64,000 bases of DNA from a virus. Lineage: Duplodnaviria > Caudoviricetes. A program made the translations under genes and the position numbers. Positions 1 through 8,420 of this stretch are shown piece after piece. Position 1 is the stretch's first letter. Each line of letters begins with the position of its first letter. Under the pieces are notes generated by a model. The model was not told the origin of the DNA. It made no database searches and worked only from the letters and a program-made list of their open reading frames with translations. The stretch lies in IMG/VR virus record IMGVR_UViG_3300037400_003286, one strand, 5' to 3'.

Positions 1-54
1 TTCAAGTTCAAGTTCATGCGCACATCTTGTGCAAATAGCACCTTCTGTAATCAT
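1..54 (-). CDS. Partial hypothetical protein (MITEGAICTRCAHELELE..., runs off window edge)
   Basis: ATG overlaps the TAA of the upstream polymerase gene (TAATG coupling); CxxC motif. Confidence 0.5.
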   Translation of the reverse strand, partial: MITEGAICTRCAHELELE

Positions 55-1562
55 TACTGTAAATTGTTTTTAAGTTTCTTTTCTCTTTCTTTTAATATAT
101 CGATCAGATGATATTTCTCTTTTTGAGCTTTAACCATCATCTTTTTATATTCCTTACGTTTAGCGAAGTAATCACTAAGTATCTTAGGAATGAAACCTTC
201 AAATTCGTTAGTGTAAACACATCCGTTTGTACACTTGATTTCATTCTCCTTCGGTATATGGTTCTTATCCTTGAAAAGTAACGTATCTGGTGATATGTTG
301 AACTGTCTCATTGTTGTAGGATAAAGAGAAGCATAGTCCAAGCAATATACGTTTCTGTATATTCCAGGAATAGGTGAAAACACGAAAGCACCTTCATATT
401 CCTTCTTTTCCTTATCTTTCTTTACAACAGGGAATACTCTGTTCTCTCTGTAAAGATATTCCGCCTGTACGATTTCGATACTCTTTGTAGAACTGTATGT
501 TGATAGCACTGGAACATTCATAAGGGAAGCCAAACCGAACATAACAGAACTTGTCTTCAGTTTCTTATCGATCTCTCTAATAAGGACACTATCGATAGCA
601 TTATAGAAAACGTATTCCTTTTTCTGCTTTTCCCACATTTCCTTGAATCCAAGCTGGTGTACAACCTTTTTAACACCAAGAACCTTATCTGCAACCCAGT
701 CAAGTTTATTACTAACCTTAGGAGAAATAGATCGATCATGTTTCTTGTATAACTCCATATAGTCATACATACACTTATGCATCGGTAGCTTAATGTTGTC
801 GGCTGCAACATCCTGTGGCTTATATGTGAACCACGTCTTCGTTGGAGATAAACTTGTTATATCAAGACCTAACTTTGGAACACGGTTATAAAGATAAGGC
901 CAGTCATATCCGAACCAGTTCCATCCTGTTACACACTCAAGTTTATCTATAAAATTAAAGAAAAGATCATTCAGTAACGAAAATTCAGATGCATGATACC
1001 TGTACACAAACTTATAATCAGTATCAAATTGCTTACAATGCTTCTTTATTTCGTCTTGAATCCATTTAATTTCATCCTGTGATAGATTAGCCAGACCTAA
1101 CACGTAAACGGTATCCTCGACAACTATAGACACTGTATTGACAGGTCTCTTTGCGTCTTTAGCCTCTGGAAATCCTTCATCATCAACGTCAACCTCAATA
1201 TCCATGAATGCTGTTTTCGGAATATACATCTGACGCATTTCCTTCAACTGCTCATTTTCTGGGAACCATCTCTCAAGATCCATTATAATTTCATGGACAC
1301 GCTGCTCCGTAAATTTATCTGTAATAGGCTTTTTTACAACTGGCTTTCCGTCCCATGACTTATATAAAGTATCTGGTGTATCATCCTTTGTTGCGTATTT
1401 CCATTGATACATCAATTCATTTGGAATCATCCAAAAGAATGGTTTAACGGTTTGATTCTTATCAACATACGATATATACAGGAATTTCTGTGCTCTACCA
1501 TATTGATCAAGCACTGGTACACCATTCCTTGTATAATCGTGTATTTCCGTGTTAACTATCAT
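54..1562 (-). CDS. polB: Family B DNA polymerase, N-terminal subunit (3'-5' exonuclease plus palm motif A; gp43A-like)
   Basis: ExoI DIEV, ExoII GWNWFGYDWPYL, ExoIII YNAIDS and motif A DYASLYP; ends in the first fingers helix (KRKEYKKMM) without motifs B and C. Confidence 0.93.
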   Translation of the reverse strand: MIVNTEIHDYTRNGVPVLDQYGRAQKFLYISYVDKNQTVKPFFWMIPNELMYQWKYATKDDTPDTLYKSWDGKPVVKKPITDKFTEQRVHEIIMDLERWFPENEQLKEMRQMYIPKTAFMDIEVDVDDEGFPEAKDAKRPVNTVSIVVEDTVYVLGLANLSQDEIKWIQDEIKKHCKQFDTDYKFVYRYHASEFSLLNDLFFNFIDKLECVTGWNWFGYDWPYLYNRVPKLGLDITSLSPTKTWFTYKPQDVAADNIKLPMHKCMYDYMELYKKHDRSISPKVSNKLDWVADKVLGVKKVVHQLGFKEMWEKQKKEYVFYNAIDSVLIREIDKKLKTSSVMFGLASLMNVPVLSTYSSTKSIEIVQAEYLYRENRVFPVVKKDKEKKEYEGAFVFSPIPGIYRNVYCLDYASLYPTTMRQFNISPDTLLFKDKNHIPKENEIKCTNGCVYTNEFEGFIPKILSDYFAKRKEYKKMMVKAQKEKYHLIDILKEREKKLKNNLQ

Positions 1563-1591
1563 TGTCTCTTTTCTGTTTTAATATATATTTT

Positions 1592-1600
1592 AGATAAATA
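1592..1600 (+). promoter_or_regulatory. Late promoter AGATAAATA
   Basis: Recurrent 9-mer upstream of structural genes; resembles the T4 late promoter TATAAATA. Confidence 0.7.
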
Positions 1601-1617
1601 TGAGTGAATATTCCTTG

Positions 1618-1634
1618 TTGCAAATATACAACTT
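1618..1634 (-). promoter_or_regulatory. Early, host-sigma promoter AAGTTGTATATTTGCAA (Bacteroidota -7 TAnnTTTG)
   Basis: One of 7 identical 17-mers, all upstream of minus-strand genes. Confidence 0.85.
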
Positions 1635-1667
1635 TATTTTGAAAGCAGAAAACAAATTAAGCAATAA

Positions 1668-2768
1668 ATGGCAAAAGACAGCAGTGCTAAAATAAATGGA
1701 AGTACAAACGAAACGTCAGATGATTCTCTAAGATTATTCTCTGCGTATGATGCTGTATGCCATGCTGAGGAACAACTTGATAGCATAGAAACTGAGGTAG
1801 AAAACGCTATACCAAAGAAAATAGATCTTTGTACCATACAAGATGTATTAGCTATCCTTGATAAAGTCCAGGGTGCTATGATGGATGTTCAGAATGTAAT
1901 GACTTCTGCTGTCACAAATGTTCTTTCTGGTGCTATGCAGGATGCTACAAACCTCGCCAATGAAGGTGTAGATGCAGCTAAGAATGCTGCAACAGATGCT
2001 GTCAACAAGAAAAAGAAAAAAGCAGAGGATTCATCATCAGCACAGCTTGCTGTTGATGCAAAATACACAAAATATCTTGCAACACAAATAATACTTAAAA
2101 AATTCCAGATTATAAAATACAGAATAGAACTTATAAAAACTGGAATACAGATAACAGTAGCAAAACTCACAAAAGGAGTCCTGACTGGAATATTAGGAGG
2201 AAAAGGATCTGCTGGAGATCCAATCAACATGACTATGGCAACAACTATGGCAACTGCTGGTGCAACAGTAAGCACAATAATGTCAGTCATTGATGCTATC
2301 GTTACGGCTATAAACAGCATAACAATTATGAATGTAAACGGTGCTGGTATGGCATTTTTCCCAACACCAAAGAGTATTATGAAAGTAGATATAAACATAG
2401 CAAATTCGAAGCAATCTACAACAAATAATATTCCAGAAGCGATCGATCAAATGATCACAGAAGCCGAAAACAAAGTAAGGGAATCAAACGGGGCCATAAA
2501 AAAATCAAAAGTGCTTGCTATGGGTGCAGCTGGTGCTGCTTCTGCACCGTCTGGTAAATTTGATCCTGGTTCATTTGGTAGTCTTCCAAAATTCGATCCA
2601 TCAATAATAAGAACAGCCGTTATGATGCTTTTCCAGATGCTTATGGATGCAGATGCTGTACCAAGATATGAAAAGCTTTCTGTTGCAAACATAAGATTCC
2701 TTGTTTTCCTTGTTACTGGATTCGAGCCTGCTGGAAAAAATACATTCGGAATACCAGGATTTCCATAA
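1668..2768 (+). CDS. Hypothetical late (probably virion) protein, helical and Ala-rich
   Basis: 366-aa ORF after a late promoter and followed by a terminator. Confidence 0.7.
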   Translation: MAKDSSAKINGSTNETSDDSLRLFSAYDAVCHAEEQLDSIETEVENAIPKKIDLCTIQDVLAILDKVQGAMMDVQNVMTSAVTNVLSGAMQDATNLANEGVDAAKNAATDAVNKKKKKAEDSSSAQLAVDAKYTKYLATQIILKKFQIIKYRIELIKTGIQITVAKLTKGVLTGILGGKGSAGDPINMTMATTMATAGATVSTIMSVIDAIVTAINSITIMNVNGAGMAFFPTPKSIMKVDINIANSKQSTTNNIPEAIDQMITEAENKVRESNGAIKKSKVLAMGAAGAASAPSGKFDPGSFGSLPKFDPSIIRTAVMMLFQMLMDADAVPRYEKLSVANIRFLVFLVTGFEPAGKNTFGIPGFP

Positions 2769-2800
2769 AATAAAAGCTACCTTAATTGGTAGCTTTATTT
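2768..2800. terminator. Bidirectional intrinsic terminator
   Basis: AAAGCTACC-ttaatt-GGTAGCTTT with A/T tails between convergent genes. Confidence 0.75.
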
Positions 2801-3651
2801 ATAAGTGCATAGTATAAATTATATGTGTATGAATTTGTGTTGATCTTTTCATATGAAGAGTCATCCTTAAGCCATATAATCCTTCTTCCTATAACCTTGA
2901 ATCCGATAGGTTCAAGAGCTAATTGATACAAACTTAACTGTAACTGATATACATTGAAGCTGCAATTAAGAAGTTCATTAAAAGGATAAAGCATTCGTTC
3001 ACCTCTGAAGTTTTTATACAGATCCTTGTTGGTTTTATAATCGAAGATTACGAATCCGCTTTTATCTGATGTTTTATTATCTAATTCAGCATCATAATAA
3101 AACAGAAGATCAAACGTTCCAGAATATCCTAAATCTTCTCTGCAAACCTGATTCTCTGAAGCTATAGGAACAAAACATTGTGGTAAATCATTCCAGAATT
3201 TAACAACAGCATCTTCCTTTTCATTTATACTGTTGAATTCATCACCATTCAACCTGTCTTTGAAGTTCGGAAGGATCTTGTCATCCTGGTATGTCATAAA
3301 ATAGAAACAACTTTCACCGAATTCATGTACATTTGTTCCGTTATCACATGCAGTATACTTTATAACCGTCCATTGTTCAAGTATCTGTTGCTGTGTCATC
3401 TGATAGTATTTTGAAGTAGGATCGTTGTAATACTTCTCATACATCTCTTGAGATTTTGCAGCAGCATCAAATTTTGGTGTAAACAGATGTGTTACATTGC
3501 TTACACTCTCAAGTTGTTTTCCATTGTAATAATATCTATGACCTTCATTAACAAAAACGAGACCCTGATAGCTTCTCTTTATTAGGTCTCGCATTTGTTG
3601 GTATTTGTCAAGATTACTTATGTTTTTCCACTTTCCTCTTTTTAGTATCAT
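2782..3651 (-). CDS. PD-(D/E)XK exonuclease (Cas4/RecB-like phage nuclease)
   Basis: GTNVH, GTFDLL, IFDYKT and YQLQLSLY motifs. Confidence 0.8.
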   Translation of the reverse strand: MILKRGKWKNISNLDKYQQMRDLIKRSYQGLVFVNEGHRYYYNGKQLESVSNVTHLFTPKFDAAAKSQEMYEKYYNDPTSKYYQMTQQQILEQWTVIKYTACDNGTNVHEFGESCFYFMTYQDDKILPNFKDRLNGDEFNSINEKEDAVVKFWNDLPQCFVPIASENQVCREDLGYSGTFDLLFYYDAELDNKTSDKSGFVIFDYKTNKDLYKNFRGERMLYPFNELLNCSFNVYQLQLSLYQLALEPIGFKVIGRRIIWLKDDSSYEKINTNSYTYNLYYALINKATN

Positions 3652-3808
3652 TATTGTCAGTATTAAATTCCTTAACCTTTACGCAATATTGTTCTGGTGC
3701 TTTTATAAATCCCCCAGCAACCAATTCCACCTGTTTAGGATTCTTGTTCGGCTTCAGCTTCTTCTTGCAGAATATTTTCTTCAGCCAGCTTTTTATTCTC
3801 TTTATCAT
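3614..3808 (-). CDS. Small basic hypothetical protein
   Basis: 64-aa ORF filling the gap in the operon; overlaps both neighbours. Confidence 0.4.
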   Translation of the reverse strand: MIKRIKSWLKKIFCKKKLKPNKNPKQVELVAGGFIKAPEQYCVKVKEFNTDNNDTKKRKVEKHK

Positions 3809-4313
3809 TTATGAGATTGTTTATTTTTGGTATTATTCTTGGAACACATTCTATCAATTTTGTCTTTCTGAGAGAAGGAAAGAACACAACCTCATCAAAC
3901 AAAGAATAATAATCGTTCACTTTTGGTATATCGAAATCATCAAGAATAACATAACTCTCTATAACTGAATTAGTGATTACATTTATAGAATTCTTTATAG
4001 CAACAATGGTATCGCAATTCAAATTACTATTAATGTAAATCATACCGATATAACGCTTTGATTTTGCTCCAGAAACAATAAGCCTTTCAAGTTCCGTATT
4101 AATCAAATACTTATGTGTTGGCTTTTCTGGGTTCAATCCAGATTCTTTCAGTATATCATCAACATCTATTATATAAAATGAACTGAGATTGCTAAAAAGA
4201 TTCTTCAGCTTTCGTAGTGGTTCTATTGTTGCGTAAAATTTCATTCTTAAATTACCGTGAAGATTTTTGGGTTTCTCTACACGGTTATTTATTTTCATTT
4301 TTAAGAGAATCAA
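3735..4313 (-). CDS. Hypothetical protein (start may be the downstream MKFYATIE)
   Basis: ORF in a co-directional operon. Confidence 0.65.
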   Translation of the reverse strand: MILLKMKINNRVEKPKNLHGNLRMKFYATIEPLRKLKNLFSNLSSFYIIDVDDILKESGLNPEKPTHKYLINTELERLIVSGAKSKRYIGMIYINSNLNCDTIVAIKNSINVITNSVIESYVILDDFDIPKVNDYYSLFDEVVFFPSLRKTKLIECVPRIIPKINNLINDKENKKLAEENILQEEAEAEQES

Positions 4314-5089
4314 TTTTCCTCAACCGACATAGAGTTTGAATATGCTGAAGATAATGCTTTTTTCAATTCAGCGATAATCATCTTTGTATCAATATCACTT
4401 ACTATACAATCTATAAACTTATTGAATCCGTCCTCAAATTCTGATGATGCTATATTGGCAATATACTTAGATGGTAACTTCATATTCAGTGAAAGTTCCA
4501 CAGGAGTGTCATGCTTTTTACACGAATCAACAAGAATCTTTACTGGATCAAAAGAAATCTGTTTGTTCTCAACTGGTTTCGGTTGTTCAACAACTTCTTG
4601 TTTCTCAACTTTTGTCTCAACTGCTTTTGGCTGTTCAACAACTGGATCCTTTTTCGGTTCCTCTGTCTTTATACGATATTCATCAATAGAAGGAAGATCG
4701 ATTATCCTTTGTTCTTTTCTTGGAGGAACAAGCCTATCTTTTCCAATATCCGAATTCTCGATATTGGTTGTATCGCCGTGAGCCTGAAGAATATCATGAA
4801 GTGAAGGTATATCTATATCTTCACCTTTCATAGATTCATCTATATATTTCTTCGGTTGTATCTGTTCTAATGTCCAAGGATTAGACGGTGATTCGATTTC
4901 AACCATGAACTTATTCTTCAGATCTGCCGTAGAATTAGTCATCTTTGAAATAAATCTCAGATTACAAGACTCGCCATCATCAAAATTATAAAAAGTTTCA
5001 CCTTCAAATTCCTCTATACTCTCAAGAAGAACAATGTCACCTTTCATTTCTCCGTCGATCCACTGGAAATATCTTTTTTGTTTTCTCAT
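4310..5089 (-). CDS. Hypothetical protein with a Pro/Glu/Lys-rich linker
   Basis: 259-aa ORF in operon. Confidence 0.7.
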   Translation of the reverse strand: MRKQKRYFQWIDGEMKGDIVLLESIEEFEGETFYNFDDGESCNLRFISKMTNSTADLKNKFMVEIESPSNPWTLEQIQPKKYIDESMKGEDIDIPSLHDILQAHGDTTNIENSDIGKDRLVPPRKEQRIIDLPSIDEYRIKTEEPKKDPVVEQPKAVETKVEKQEVVEQPKPVENKQISFDPVKILVDSCKKHDTPVELSLNMKLPSKYIANIASSEFEDGFNKFIDCIVSDIDTKMIIAELKKALSSAYSNSMSVEEN

Positions 5090-5116
5090 TTTAATTCTAT
5101 GTTCTTAACTTTAACG

Positions 5117-5476
5117 TCAGTTATCTTTATCTGGTATAATGAGTTTTCCGTACTGTCTTTCGTATTCATATTTCCATTCACATTCTCTGTATTGTTCGTC
5201 TTTGAACCAGTTAAGATAGTCAACCCTAAAATTCTCCAGAGCCTCTTGAAAATGTGCTTTATAGTTTCCATGCGAAATATGATTTAGTCTTTGCTCAATA
5301 ATAGTGAAACAATGTTCAGTACCTTTTATTCTCCATACAACAGAGGCCATTGTGTCATATTGATGCGCCTGGGCAACAATATATTCTATTGTTATAGGGT
5401 CTCTCCATCCTTTTGGTGATACTTCTACAGTATGTAATTCACCATTAGCTAAACCGAAATCAAAAGAAAATGGCAT
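5117..5476 (-). CDS. Hypothetical protein
   Basis: 119-aa ORF in operon. Confidence 0.65.
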   Translation of the reverse strand: MPFSFDFGLANGELHTVEVSPKGWRDPITIEYIVAQAHQYDTMASVVWRIKGTEHCFTIIEQRLNHISHGNYKAHFQEALENFRVDYLNWFKDEQYRECEWKYEYERQYGKLIIPDKDN

Positions 5477-5505
5477 ATATAATCATGTTTTAAAGGAAGC
5501 TGATC

Positions 5506-5976
5506 TTACTCAGCTTCCTCTTTTGAACTCTTTGGAGTATATTCGATAACATCCATGATTTTTGTTTCCTTTGCTTCAACGCTGGTATAATCAATCATGG
5601 TTCCACCCATCATTTCATCTACACCCTTGATTGCACCATTAAGCGTGCTAGCTTGAACAAGGCATACAAAATTGGAACGTTTTTCTTTCTCTGTCTTTTC
5701 ATCTATAGTGATGAACTGAAGCTTTGCCTTATAGAAGCGATCTGCCATTTCATCATCAGAAAACCAGATCTCCTTATATTTTGCTTTCTTGATGTCCTTT
5801 ACTTCATATTCTCCACTAATATAAGCAGCCATTTCCTCGATAATACGAGCCTCCGCCTCTGTGAAAGAAAGAGCTTCTACTGTATATAATTCGGTAATTT
5901 TCTTCTGAAGGCCATCCTCCATTACCTTTTCATACTGAACTTTACATTCAAACCATTCAGATGTCTTTGATCTCAT
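5506..5976 (-). CDS. DUF4494 family protein (Bacteroidota-type)
   Basis: WFECKVQYEK...ALSFTEAEARIIEEM...ETKIMDV matches the family as I recall it. Confidence 0.85.
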   Translation of the reverse strand: MRSKTSEWFECKVQYEKVMEDGLQKKITELYTVEALSFTEAEARIIEEMAAYISGEYEVKDIKKAKYKEIWFSDDEMADRFYKAKLQFITIDEKTEKEKRSNFVCLVQASTLNGAIKGVDEMMGGTMIDYTSVEAKETKIMDVIEYTPKSSKEEAE

Positions 5977-5988
5977 AAAAACAATTTA

Positions 5989-6279
5989 TTAAATTATTAA
6001 ACCTGACTTATTTTCTTGATTAGCTGATGAATCCTTCGATTCACCTAAAATTCGTGCAGCATTTCCCTTGTCCATATATTCTTGTGGAATTTTTCCACAT
6101 TTTGTACAAACATAAACTGGAATATCTACAATCTCATCTCTACCTGTCATTGTAACAATCTTTGATACTTTCTTCAAGATTGCTGCTGGTGCGAATGTTT
6201 TACATCCGCACTCACATACAATATTAGGAGAGTCAATCACTGCACCATAATTAATGGTTGGATTTCCTATATTTTCCAT
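5989..6279 (-). CDS. Small zinc-ribbon protein
   Basis: CECG...CTKCG. Confidence 0.7.
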   Translation of the reverse strand: MENIGNPTINYGAVIDSPNIVCECGCKTFAPAAILKKVSKIVTMTGRDEIVDIPVYVCTKCGKIPQEYMDKGNAARILGESKDSSANQENKSGLII

Positions 6280-7325
6280 TATTCCTCGTTTTCTTTTTCT
6301 GATGGAATATTCTTTGGCATCTGATCACCGATCACGATACGATATTTTCCATCGTCTGTCCAATCGATACGATGAACATATGCCATGAACATATCACCAA
6401 CAATAAACTCACCTCTATCGAAGCTACTCTCCATATCTGGCGACATTGTGCTTCTGTGCATTAGACTTGCAAACGGATATTCACCATGTGCGTCACGGAT
6501 TGCGCAGAACAAACCGTTCTTAGACTGACCAGTAACACGAACATTAACTCTAAGTCCAGGAGTCAACTCATGCTCAACACGAGAAGGAAGAGTAAGCTCA
6601 AGGTACTTCTTATGCGAAACAACAAAGTTACTTGTCTGCTTCGAGAAGTTAACAACACATACATTCACAGTCTTACCAACAAGAGACTCGAAGTCTGTAA
6701 TCGGACCACTTGCTGCAAGTGAACCAGGAAGGAAGCACTTAACTCCATTAATATCAACAGTGTAACCACCGTTATTAACAGAAAGAATATGAGCAGCATA
6801 TCCGTATTTAGGAGTTCCCTCTTTCAGTTGCTCCATAAAGTCATGCTCGATATTTGCACGAACACCCTCCCAGATAGACACACGATTCTCTACAACCTTA
6901 GCAGTTCTTGCACGTTGCAGGATAATCTCCTTAGCCTCTGGATCCTTCAATGCAGACATGAATTGCTTAACACTACTGCAACCGATTGAATCGATAAACT
7001 GATGTTCCTTATTCATGTCAACCACAGCCGACATACCACCAAATGTGTCAAGAATAACCTCATGATCAGAAACCTGAGTAAGAGACTTAACATTGTAAAT
7101 AGAACCAGTAATCTGATCCTTTGGTGTGTAAACCTGGCCATTGAAATGAGCTTCCATCATATCATAAAGCTCCTGAGCATATGGCTCGTGACAATATACT
7201 ACATCACCATGTTTTGTTTTAACGTTACGATTTGGAATTAAATTTTTACCATTGTAACCATTTTCGTACAACGACCAATCGAAATCAGGATCTGGCTGTA
7301 CATTAGAATACTTTGTATTTACCAT
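6279..7325 (-). CDS. rpsA: Ribosomal protein bS1 homologue, truncated (about 3 S1 domains)
   Basis: N-terminal DFDWSLYENG resembles Bacteroidota RpsA; S1-domain motifs GGYTVDINGVKCFLPGS and NFVVSHK. Confidence 0.75.
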   Translation of the reverse strand: MVNTKYSNVQPDPDFDWSLYENGYNGKNLIPNRNVKTKHGDVVYCHEPYAQELYDMMEAHFNGQVYTPKDQITGSIYNVKSLTQVSDHEVILDTFGGMSAVVDMNKEHQFIDSIGCSSVKQFMSALKDPEAKEIILQRARTAKVVENRVSIWEGVRANIEHDFMEQLKEGTPKYGYAAHILSVNNGGYTVDINGVKCFLPGSLAASGPITDFESLVGKTVNVCVVNFSKQTSNFVVSHKKYLELTLPSRVEHELTPGLRVNVRVTGQSKNGLFCAIRDAHGEYPFASLMHRSTMSPDMESSFDRGEFIVGDMFMAYVHRIDWTDDGKYRIVIGDQMPKNIPSEKENEE

Positions 7326-7351
7326 TCTAAATTATTTTAAATAAAACAACA

Positions 7352-8230
7352 TTACTCATTCATTGCTGCTATAACGATCTTTGTCGTTGAATTAACAGCG
7401 TCAAATAAAACTCTATCTACACTACCATCAATCGTGTTTTTTCCGATAATGATTTTGAAATTCTCATCAGACTTATCAAGCATCTTCAGGAAACGATCTC
7501 TTGTTACAGGAATATTGATTGGATACAATGGTTCCGCATCAAGTTCACCAATCTTATAGATAAAATTGGATTTCTTGTCAGATCCAATTCCACGATCCTT
7601 AACGTAAAGGGTTTTATCCTCGTTATAGAACACAAGGGCATCTTTTCTAACATCGATCTTAACAATGTCAGATGTCTTAATAATCGAATTGATTGCAGAT
7701 GAACTGATCTCAATAGATACGGAATCTGTTGCGTTGAATACAACACTCTTAAATGTATCATCAGACAGATATGTCAACTCTGATACACGGAATCCATCCA
7801 TTCTCATTTTAAGAATATCAGAACTAAAAGCGATGGATGTAGTGATAAAATCAATTGATTTATCCTTCTGGTTCTGAAGCATTTCATAGTCAATTTCAAT
7901 GTTGAAATTTGACTCTCCTTTCTCATTTACATCAGATCCGAGGCGTTCTACGATTTGGATGAACTTTTTAAGTTGGATCAATATACCAACCTTAATTCTG
8001 TTATCACCTCTTTCGCTTTCGCCATCATCAGAAACAATTGAAACGTGAGCTTCATCAAATGTTATGGATGAAAATCTGATTGAGGATTTATCCTCTGTAA
8101 ATGTCTTTGCTACGAATGCACGTAGATTTGTGTCGATTTCAAGTAAAAGAGATTCTCTGATTCTCAGATAGCTCTTTAGATAATTGATAAACGGATCGGC
8201 ACTTCCATTTAAATTTAGTTTTAACGTCAT
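7352..8230 (-). CDS. Probable DNA polymerase sliding clamp (gp45-like)
   Basis: Size, two-fold alpha/beta pattern, N-terminus loosely like gp45, early plus middle promoters; similarity is weak. Confidence 0.45.
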   Translation of the reverse strand: MTLKLNLNGSADPFINYLKSYLRIRESLLLEIDTNLRAFVAKTFTEDKSSIRFSSITFDEAHVSIVSDDGESERGDNRIKVGILIQLKKFIQIVERLGSDVNEKGESNFNIEIDYEMLQNQKDKSIDFITTSIAFSSDILKMRMDGFRVSELTYLSDDTFKSVVFNATDSVSIEISSSAINSIIKTSDIVKIDVRKDALVFYNEDKTLYVKDRGIGSDKKSNFIYKIGELDAEPLYPINIPVTRDRFLKMLDKSDENFKIIIGKNTIDGSVDRVLFDAVNSTTKIVIAAMNE

Positions 8231-8267
8231 TTAAAAAATATTAAAAAGTGAAACATACTGTTACCTG

Positions 8268-8284
8268 TTGCAAATATACAACTT
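8268..8284 (-). promoter_or_regulatory. Early Bacteroidota-type promoter (TTTG-N19-TATATTTG)
   Basis: 17-mer copy with a -33 TTTG 19 nt upstream. Confidence 0.85.
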
Positions 8285-8343
8285 ATTTTCCAAACAACAA
8301 AATGTTTTTCAATAATTGTTTTTGCCAGACTTTTAAGCCTTCT

Positions 8344-8380
8344 TATATTATTATACGCATGTTTTTCAAAAACGATTAAA
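8344..8380 (-). promoter_or_regulatory. Middle-type promoter TTTAAT-N19-TATAATAATATA
   Basis: One of 4 copies with an identical 14-mer and identical spacing. Confidence 0.75.
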
Positions 8381-8390
8381 TATAACAAAA

Positions 8391-8420
8391 AATTAAGCTG
8401 GAAAAATATCCAGCTTAATT
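8391..8420 (-). terminator. Intrinsic terminator after the baseplate wedge gene
   Basis: AATTAAGCTGGA...TCCAGCTTAATT inverted repeat. Confidence 0.7.

Noticed and set aside
2782-3651. Cas4 as part of a CRISPR adaptation module
   Set aside because: There is no cas1/cas2 or array, and stand-alone PD-(D/E)XK nucleases are common in phages.
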